From positions 131,068,001-131,132,000 of the forward strand of contig OZ024741.1 in the NCBI GenBank assembly GCA_964016885.1: DNA of 64,000 nt. Direction: 5' to 3'. Source of the stretch: Eledone cirrhosa (lineage: Eukaryota). A program made the position numbers and the translations under genes. This document shows positions 55,001 through 64,000 of the stretch, piece after piece; the first letter of the stretch is position 1; each line of letters begins with the position of its first letter. The notes below the pieces were generated by a model. The model was given only the letters and a program-made list of their open reading frames with translations. It did no database searches and was not told the origin of the DNA.

Positions 55001-55556
55001 ATAAACGGAAAAAATGAAACAAAATTTCATTTCTCACTCTTAGTACGGCTGTTACTTAAATATAAGTATGTATACGTACATACATATATGTGAGAAATGA
55101 AATTTCATTTCATTTTTTCCATTTATCGTTTTCGGTGCGCCCGGCCGATTAACTCACTCGATATGAAAATTAGGCTGCTCAGCCGTTAATATGGATAAGG
55201 AAAGTATATACTTTCAGACGTTCAATCATCTGGCAGGAAGGTATACGGTGCTGACGATAGCTAATAAGCTTGAAACTAGTACATCGTTGCTTTGTCAGTG
55301 TTGAACAAAAGGGCAACGATGGTTGATAAACACTGTACGGTTTAATTTGGGATGTTTCTTTACAAACAAACTAAGCATTATAATAAATGCTAGGTAAATC
55401 CATACGTACATATATATATATATATGTGTGCATGTATGTATATATATATACATACTACTGTACGTCTGTATACATATATGTATGTACGTATACATACTTA
55501 TATTTAAGTAACAGCCGTACTAAGAGTGAGAAATGAAATTTCGTTTCATTTTTTCC

Positions 55557-55562
<6 letters not shown>
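55001..55562. mobile_element. Element with 91-bp inverted arms (55001-55091 / 55472-55562) enclosing a hammerhead; probably a second Penelope-like family
   Basis: The arms are near-perfect reverse complements. A third partial arm at ~55090-55132 folds back onto ~54995-55036. Confidence 0.6.
55245..55287 (+). ncRNA. Minimal type I hammerhead ribozyme motif (family B)
   Basis: ACGGUG-CUGACGA-U-AGCU-aaua-AGCU-U-GAA-ACUAGU-A-CAUCGU. Stem I has 6 bp (one G.U), the core is intact, stem II has 4 bp, stem III is the palindrome ACUAGU, and predicted cleavage is after A55281. Confidence 0.82.
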
Positions 55563-55615
<53 letters not shown>

Positions 55616-55700
55616 TACATACACATACATACACACATACACACATGCACACACACTTATATACATATATATATATATATACATACGTACACCTGTACAT
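55563..55700. repeat. (TA)n plus CA/TACA compound microsatellite
   Basis: Read directly from the sequence. Confidence 0.9.
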
Positions 55701-56172
55701 ACCTGGAATATATATTAAGAGAAACTTCACTATAGGAGGTTCACGCCAACACTTGAATCTGTTCATAGAACCTTTTCTGCCTTTGTCACCCTCATTTTAG
55801 TCTTAAAGAATTAGCTTCTAAAGAATTTCACTTCTTTTTTAAACCATTGAACCCCACCCATCCTGTAGACACCTGTCTTACAGGCATTCTTACTTTAAGT
55901 GATAAACAAGGATTGGTATTCCAATTTTGAACTTGTTTACAGTATTCTTTCTGCCTTTGTTAATATTATAGCTTTAAAGAATTAGATTTTAATGAATCCC
56001 CTTTCTTTAAATCCTTCAACCAATGACCTACACCCATCCCAATCCCCATCCTCTCCTACCACCAGATAAGGAAACACATAAATACTACCATTTACTTGGG
56101 CAGCCGGCTTCCTGATGATTTCTCACGAATGAAACAGTTCTAGTCCTGTAGAAGCTCTTCTATATTAAAACT
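55701..56172 (+). mobile_element. Penelope-like terminal fragment, right arm of the 472-bp inverted repeat
   Basis: Reverse complement of 53550-54021. It contains an internal ~175-bp diverged duplication (TTCTGCCTTTGT...TTAAAGAATTAG twice) and ends in (TA)n. Confidence 0.65.
56106..56156 (+). ncRNA. Type I hammerhead ribozyme motif (family A, copy 2)
   Basis: GGCUUC-CUGAUGA-U-UUC-ucac-GAA-U-GAA-ACAG-uucuaguc-CUGU-A-GAAGCU; predicted cleavage after A56150. Confidence 0.78.
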
Positions 56173-56188
56173 ATATATATATATATAT

Positions 56189-56277
56189 AATTGAAAAGTG
56201 GAGAATAACATGGTCAATAGTTTAAAAAAGCGGATTTATTTGCACTGTTGACCATGTTATTCTCCACTTTTTCAATT
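56189..56277. repeat. Near-perfect hairpin, 33/34-bp arms with a 22-nt spacer
   Basis: AATTGAAAAGTGGAGAATAACATGGTCAATAGT pairs with ACTGTTGACCATGTTATTCTCCACTTTTTCAATT (1 mismatch, 1 indel). Confidence 0.92.
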
Positions 56278-56440
56278 TTATTACTCCAAGATAAACTTAC
56301 ATAGGAATACAAGTGAAATCATAAACTCGTCACCTACGTAAACCTATTGTTGAGTCAAGCAACGCCGTACGCTAAAGCTATCCATAATAAGAAGTATTCA
56401 CAACCTCTAATTGGATTACCTATAACGATATTTTGTTATC

Positions 56441-56443
<3 letters not shown>

Positions 56444-56529
<86 letters not shown>
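56444..56529. repeat. (TA)n microsatellite
   Basis: Perfect run of ~85 bp. Confidence 0.97.
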
Positions 56530-56535
<6 letters not shown>

Positions 56536-56634
56536 TCCACATATATATTGTCGAGTGAAAAATCAGAAATTAGAGGTTTATATCCAAAGTATGTAGAGCA
56601 CTCAGTCCAAAGGACGAGTTGGGTATAGAAGTAG

Positions 56635-56771
56635 TTTCACAAATACCAAACCATACTTGAGAACACGTGTTTCACCGAAAAAGGATTTTCAACTTGTGTG
56701 TGGTTACGAGTCGAAAACCCTTTTTAGGTGAAACGTCTGTTCTCAAGTATAGTTTGGTAATTGCTGTGAAA
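56635..56771. mobile_element. Palindromic (foldback/MITE-like) element, ~63-66 bp imperfect arms
   Basis: TTTCACA..ACCAAACCATACTTGAGAACA...GTTTCACCGAAAAAGGATTTTCAACTTGT, an 8-nt loop, then ACGAGTCGAAAACCCTTTTTAGGTGAAAC...TGTTCTCAAGTATAGTTTGGT...TGTGAAA. Confidence 0.7.
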
Positions 56772-56773
56772 TT

Positions 56774-56776
<3 letters not shown>

Positions 56777-56849
<73 letters not shown>

Positions 56850-56948
56850 GTCCCCTCTCGCTCTCTCTTTATTTATATATATATATAATATATATGTACG
56901 TGTGTGTGTATGTATGTACATACGTATGTGTGTGTGTTTGTGTGTGTA
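56777..56948. repeat. (CT)n followed by a mixed TA/TG tract
   Basis: Read directly from the sequence. Confidence 0.93.
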
Positions 56949-57282
56949 GTTATTTGAGAAGGCCAAACCTGAACTGTCCTTGGTCCACTAAGGTCTATAT
57001 GTGGTCTTGAAGTGTGGCAGTCCCCGGATTTGTGGCTGTAGCGTCAAGTTTACAGCCGGGAAGGTACTACAGGATTGAAACCACATCAAAGCTCTGTGCT
57101 GTGGACTTTCAGAAAATTAGAGTCACGCTGTGTTGACATGCACCTACATGTTCACTATTCTTTTCTGTGAATATTAAACCAAGTTGCCGCTTTTACTAAT
57201 AATTTCTTTGCCGACCTTCACCACCTATGTCATTTTACAGTGACATGATTTCATAAAACCATCCCCCAGCAAACATATAGTT

Positions 57283-57394
57283 ATTCATACATACATAATT
57301 CATACATACATACATACATACATACGTACATACATACATACATACATACATACATACATACATTCATACATACATACATACATACATACATACA

Positions 57395-57425
<31 letters not shown>

Positions 57426-57435
57426 GTACATACAT
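57283..57435. repeat. (TACA)n tetranucleotide microsatellite
   Basis: Read directly; few interruptions. Confidence 0.96.
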
Positions 57436-57487
57436 CCATTGGTAAAAACCATATTGGTAAAAACTTATAAAATTATAAAACCAGAAT

Positions 57488-58137
<650 letters not shown>

Positions 58138-58480
58138 CATACTAAGTTCATGCAATTTTCCGGATACTGACTCCAAACTTCCGACAAACCATCCCCGCTA
58201 CCATCCTATAACAACTATCACCACCATTACCGACCTCACCATCTAAACAAACCCCAGCCATTCCCCGACTTCCCCAGTTAGACTGTACCTCCGCCCCACA
58301 CATAGACACACTTAACTACATCAAACATATAATTACAACAATTAGTGCCAAGGGACTAGCTGAACTTGCAGAAATCTGCGTGGTCTTTGAAACATTGAGA
58401 GTATATATTTATATATTTATATATTTGATTTTAATATTTTGATATTTATATACGCATTTATCATCCACATCATGGTTGGT

Positions 58481-58489
58481 ATCACCATC

Positions 58490-58571
<82 letters not shown>

Positions 58572-58733
58572 CCATCCTCATCATCATCATTTTCATCATC
58601 GCCATCGTGATCATCACCATCATATATATCTACACTTATGAATATCGCCATCAACATCATAGTCAGTCATCATCATTATCATCAACAACATGATGATGAT
58701 GATGATGATCATCATCATCATCATTATCATCAT
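58481..58733. repeat. (CAC)n/(CAT)n trinucleotide tract with an internal strand switch
   Basis: Read directly; (ATG)n abuts (CAT)n at ~58690-58730. Confidence 0.95.
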
Positions 58734-59135
58734 AACTGTTGACATTTGTCTAGAAATTGCTTATTTGAAGGAAAGACAAAAAGAAGAGGGGAGGGAAAGA
58801 GGAAGGGACGAGAAGAAGAAGTAGTAGGACATAATTTAATGACGAACACAATGTCGACGGCCGTTCTTAGCATTTAACTCTATTTTTTGTTATTCTTTCT
58901 CTGACGGCGTTCAAAAATTACTTATTGAAGCACGCAATACCAAAACTCTCTTCTACTCGATCCCCTCACAACAAAACCCTCCCGAAGGGCAAACAAAATT
59001 GCTATCAAATATCTCTCATATCACACCACACCTTTTTTACACTTTCATGGCCATATTTCTAAAGAAATATACTCTAATTCAATTAATTAACGAATAATTA
59101 ATTATGTCATTATTAAGATAGTAACTTAATATATA

Positions 59136-59300
59136 GTTCTTATAGAAAATTATGTTCAGAAGATTTTAATTTAAATAGGAATACTTTAAAATGGGTGGTT
59201 CTCTTCCATAGACGCAGACACGTTTAAACTGGACTGGTTCTTATATAAAATTATACTGGCAGATTTTAATTTAAATAGGATCACTTTAAGACGGATGGTT
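59136..59300 (+). repeat. Diverged direct repeat, two ~65-bp copies ~100 bp apart
   Basis: GTTCTTATA.AAAATTAT......AGATTTTAATTTAAATAGGA..ACTTTAA.A.GG.TGGTT at 59136 and 59237. Confidence 0.8.
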
Positions 59301-59534
59301 GAGTCGCATAAATGCTTCTTCAACCAGACTGACATCATTGCGCTTCCAAAACCAGACAAATGTGTAGATTATCAAAAGAACTCCAAACCAGACTCGATCG
59401 AAGCATGCCGGCTTCATTTCTTTCAAGCCTTCGCATTTTCTCTGCAATCAATGCCTATGTTTAATTACCATGTAACACCGCACAACGCATATTGATATTA
59501 TGCAGCCGAAAATTCGTTTACAGAAAAAAAATTT

Positions 59535-60125
59535 TTGTTGTCAACAGAAGTAGTAGCTCCCTGAACTTTCTCCTTCCTGTTCTTATTCTAGCTACTATGC
59601 TCTTAGAGCAACCTCCTCCACTGCTAATTATGCCATCTAGGTAGCAGACTCTACCAACCATTTATATGGATCCTTCATGGGATTGAAAAAGTTTATTTCC
59701 TTGATGCTCTCACTACCAACTATCTATGTGCATCTGCAACATACAATGTCTATTTTCTTTTCTGTTAGTTTGCCTACTATCCCACTACACCTGTTAGGAA
59801 CCCAGGATTTACATAATGTATATCGCATAGAATTCCTATCTACTCGGTTTCTACATATCAAACAAAGACACTTCTTGATAGGATCAGCGTCCTGTCTTCT
59901 TTCTTACTTAGTAAAACTTTGGTCTTTACAAAGTATACCCTGAGACCTTTTGATTCTAAGTTTTGTTTTCACAACCGGATTTTTCCCTCAAGCCCTTCCA
60001 CTGATTCAGTTTATAAACCAGGTCATCAGCATATAAAAATTCCCATGGGTAGCCAGTCTTAAATTCGCTCTTATAACAACAAAAAGGAGTGGACTGAGGA
60101 GAGCCATGATAACCACAAGGGGCCT
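59535..60125 (-). mobile_element. Decayed RTE-like LINE ORF fragment (RT domains 4-7 plus downstream region)
   Basis: Frameshifted minus-strand translation gives LSPLLFVVI, EFKTGYPWEFLYADDLV (YADD), LESKGLRVYFVKTKVL and VCYLDGIISSGGGCSKSIVARIRTGRRKFRELLLLLT, with multiple indels and stops. Confidence 0.88.
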
Positions 60126-60819
60126 CGTTTGCCTTAAAAATATGAGGGGAACAAACCAACATTTGTTGATTTTTAAAGGAACGTAAATTGCTATGGTGCC
60201 TTTCCCGGACCCTATCATATAAGGAAAATTTTACGCTAATTAAATTTTATATATTCAAATGAAGTTTAGATATAAAAAAAAATAAGCTTAAAAAGAATTT
60301 ATTATATCAAATAAGCAAATAATAAAATATAAACGTTTGAAAAAGTGTGTGTGTAGGGGGGGGACTTGTCCCCTGGTATCCCACAGAAACAAGGCGCTTG
60401 ATAACCACCTACCAGCACATTGAATTCCTCACTAAACTAATTACCTGCTCACACAGAGAGCTCTTCTGTAAATAACTTGCACTGTCCTCACAAGACATTC
60501 CTCTATACATAGCTTCCATTTTTACCGACCACGCAGAATGCCTGTGCTTTTTTTCGAGGCTAATAACATGAAGTTGTAAATCTGCCATCGACTTGTCTAC
60601 AATTTTGCCCTTTGAAACTATCGTAAATCAATGAATTAATTTACTACTGCATCTGGTCTTATTCTTTCATTGTTTTACATTATATATGTAATTCTGTAAT
60701 TCCGGATACTCACTGATATGTAATGGAATATAACTCTTCCACAAAAATAGATTCACTTTTGATAGGATATTCACATGAACACTGCATCGAGTTCTACAAT
60801 GGTTATATATCATACCTTG

Positions 60820-60870
<51 letters not shown>

Positions 60871-60932
60871 AGTTTGCATGTGTATATCTGCATCTGTGTG
60901 CATGTTTCTGTGTCTGTATGTGTATACACATG
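60820..60932. repeat. (TA)n(TG)n compound microsatellite
   Basis: Read directly from the sequence. Confidence 0.93.
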
Positions 60933-61377
60933 TGAAAATATTTCAGATACAACATGAGTGACATGCGATGTCTGGGGCATTAATCACCCAGAGGTCAGTG
61001 TTTTCGAGGTAGTTCAATTTACAGCAAATACTTATCTGTTAATATAACCTATTGACTTCAACAGAATCAACAGAATTAGTGTGTGTATGTGTGTGAGTGT
61101 GTGTGGGTGTATGCACGTGCGCTTTTTTGTGTATTTGTGTTATATAATTTGTTCATATATATCTTTGTCTATATGTATAGCTACGTGCGTGTTTGTGTAC
61201 ATGTGAGAGATATGTTTTTACTGTTTAGTCGAGAAGGAAAGGCCTTTCAAAACCGGTGGAAAGAAACGAATGAATACGTAAGTTATCCCTAAACCGTAAA
61301 AATGGCCAAAATCTTTGCGCCAGGGGCTGGTTTAAAGCTGGACGATAGTTTAAGTCTATTAATTACATAAAATATAA

Positions 61378-61428
61378 TAGGATTTGAACTCATCTTGCAT
61401 AGAACCAAGACAAATACCCCAAGATATC
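61378..61428 (-). mobile_element. Possible SINE remnant
   Basis: The minus strand reads GGTATTTGTC...GAGTTCAAATCCT, with the same B-box as the SINE trimer; short and diverged. Confidence 0.35.
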
Positions 61429-62659
61429 TACTGTATATGTGTTCGTTTAACATTTTCAGTAGCCCCTTTTAATTTTTAGTCGTTCAGACATGTTGGCTGT
61501 GATCACACTAGAAGAACAGGCTTTTCCACTCTATTCAAACACTTCCAGCATGAATTTCTAGGACAGATACAGATACAACATAAGGTTACATAAAAATTCA
61601 TCTTCCAATAGGAAATGACAAATAATAGACTCTGCATGGTCACAACAATTCTTTCAGAATTATAACATCAGTTTATATTACGGGATGTCAAAGGTTTATG
61701 AAATCATAATAACAGGAATAAAAGTATTGCCACATGCCGAGCACTAATATGCATAACACTTACAGAAGAGCATCTAGCACCAAACGTAATGTGCAGAAAT
61801 AGACATTCTAAGCTATGTTGTCTTGTGTACCATCAGGAAAGATATAGTCTTGTTTCAGTTGACATTTACATTTGTGAAGATGTTACATTCTTAATGCGTT
61901 TGTCACACTCAAACGTGGTTTGTGATACACTGATCGGTACATGTGATTGTCTGTACAATATACTTTTCGACAGTTATCTTAAACGATGATAAAACATTTG
62001 AAGAAAGTCTTGGAAAGATGTAACAGGTATTAACCGGGTTAGATCAACATACAAATGTATTCCTTTTCAGTGATTTCAACCTGTGTAGCATTAATTGACC
62101 AGAGGGCCACATTCTAGCAGAATCTCTGCTTGATATCGTCAGCAGACTATTTATGGAATAAATGATACTTACCCAAAGAGACATCTCTTGATTTTTACTT
62201 TACAAATAACCTGACAAAACCCATTATTTACTTTCTTCTTGTTTGTTTGAAGTTTCAGTCGAAGGAGGGCGGGCAGTATTATGTCCGTTTTTCAATGTTT
62301 TTGTGTTTATTGGGGAAAGTGAGCAAAATACTATGAATCATGTCCAAGCGTCAGATCGAAGAATCGATCCTAATACTTCAAATATAGTGGATTCCGTCAT
62401 GGGTACCGAAGCACCGGGTGACGGATTAAGTTTGCTATCTACAATTGTTTTTGATCATAAGAAAATAATTAATTTGTCTCCCGTGCCTCACAAAGCGTAC
62501 TCAAATTCTATCTTATTCTACCTAAATTTCCATAAGATTCCCTGGACATTAATTCAAAAACGGACCTTCAAACAAAATTCGCCTTAAGTACTCCCTATGC
62601 AAAACAATGATGTGAAACCGAAGTAACTTATACCAACAAAGCAAGTTACATGTGTCGAA

Positions 62660-63615
62660 GAAAAATAGGCCAAACTTCATAAAACTATAGAATTGTAGGG
62701 AGAGAAAAATCCTAATGAGACGCAGAACAAACTTCTAAAATAGCGTAAATGAACACATCATACGCAGAGAAAGAGAGAAAACACTTTAAAAGGACACTTT
62801 TAGTAATTGATTATATAATATAATAATGCCATGAAAGAGAAACGAAGGCTGCAGAAATCATAAAAAACAGCCTTTAGACTTCCCATAGCTTTGAAAAATA
62901 GACGCTTAGGTGCATTGTTTTGAAGAAAATACCTGACCTCTGCAGACCCTTACAGCGTACTACTTGTATGTGGAAAGCTTCCCAAAATCTGAAAGGCGAC
63001 ATAATATCTCCTATCCATAAGAAAGGAAGAAAAACAGCTGTTATGAGTTACAGGCTTTTATATTTGACGTCACATACCAGCATGAAACAAGTCATGAAAC
63101 GAATTTATCAGAGAGAAAATCACTACATTTCTAGAAAATGGTTTTCTAAGTAATATTCATCACAGTTTCTGTCCGAGTAGAATCTGCCACACACAGTTTC
63201 TACAGCATTAAGATTGTCCGTTGAAAAGGCTGCTTAATCAGTCGAACTTAGATATTGTATATCTCAACGCCATGGAGGTTTTTCTTCATATGATATGCTA
63301 CAAGCTGCGTGATTTCGTAATGGTTAACAATTTAGGAGGCTTTCTGAATGACATTTCAAAGGACAGAACTCAAATTGCGGAAGGCAGCTGTGCTTTTTCA
63401 AAAGATCCTATTATGATGACCTGAATACTTCAGGGAATTCTAATAACTCCTCTTTGACATATCTTCTCTTTTACACACTGTAAATATCATTAACTGTTCT
63501 GTCACAAAATATTAAAGGAAACCAAGAGTTACGATGGCCTGAAAATCTCCCAGAAAGAGCTTAATGCAATATATATGCAAATTAATTCAATGTTGGAAAG
63601 TTTCAAACACTTCTC
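62660..63615 (+). mobile_element. Heavily decayed CR1/L2-group LINE reverse transcriptase fragment
   Basis: Translation gives IISPIHKKGRKTAVMSYRLLYLTS (cf. PIHKKG..NYRPISLTS), HSFCPSRICHTQFL (cf. HGFR..RSC.TQLL), LDIVYLN, HMICYKLRD..LGGFLNDISKDRTQ and QFNVGKFQTL, with stops and deletions. The left boundary is approximate. Confidence 0.82.
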
Positions 63616-64000
63616 TATCGATGTATCCTCTTTTAATTTCAACGATGATTATTCAATTATTCGGTCAAAGGAACTACCTACTCGTTAATTTAGCGTGAAA
63701 TCAGCTGAGTATTCCTCAGATACGTGTACATTAATGTAATTCTTATTGCCTTCTCTATGCAGTATATGAGCTTGTTGAAAAGAAGAGGAACATTTCGGAC
63801 GAAACTCTGTGTAGTTTATGAAAAACTTTACTGCATGAATTTATCGATTAATTAGAAAGGGAGAAGCGTGACCCTTTAAGTGGTCCCTTCAGGTCGTCAG
63901 AGATTCGTGGCTCAGAGAAATGATAAGGTCCTCAACCCAGATGCCTGATCCGAATGCAAAATATTGAACTCAGCTGAAGGCTTCTAAAGAGAAAGTGGTG

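Noticed and set aside
62060-62145. Fourth hammerhead (minus-strand CTGACGA)
   Set aside because: The nearest GAAA is over 50 nt away, and no consistent stems I and III could be formed.
62172-62587. 38-nt minus-strand mini-exon (CAG|...GG|GTAAGT) and 114-aa plus-strand ORF
   Set aside because: The acceptor tract is weak, there is no recognisable peptide, and no partner exons were found.

Overview
Eukaryotic, AT-rich, repeat-dominated DNA, most likely an octopus (inferred from SINE families recalled from memory and the density of TA/CA/TACA/CAT microsatellites). Bases 1-48250 are one head-to-tail satellite of a 54-bp monomer (consensus AGGGTTGGAAGC[A/G]GTGAACATATAACTTTACACATCATATTTGTCTGTGTAACT). 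It has 893 full units plus a partial one, runs off the left edge, carries kb-scale higher-order duplications and ends abruptly on the right. All long ORFs in the track are artefacts of this 18-codon monomer. Bases 48251-64000 are a transposon and microsatellite mosaic: tRNA-derived SINEs (including a tandem trimer), two Helitron-like elements, decayed RTE- and CR1-like LINE fragments, several hairpins and one weak candidate exon. The most striking unannotated structure is at 53.5-56.2 kb: nested inverted repeats carrying three type I hammerhead ribozyme motifs from two unrelated sequence families (Penelope-like). All three have a non-canonical U.U at the base of stem II and a palindromic or near-palindromic stem III. 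No intact protein-coding gene is supported, and I cannot claim a wholly new system from sequence alone.
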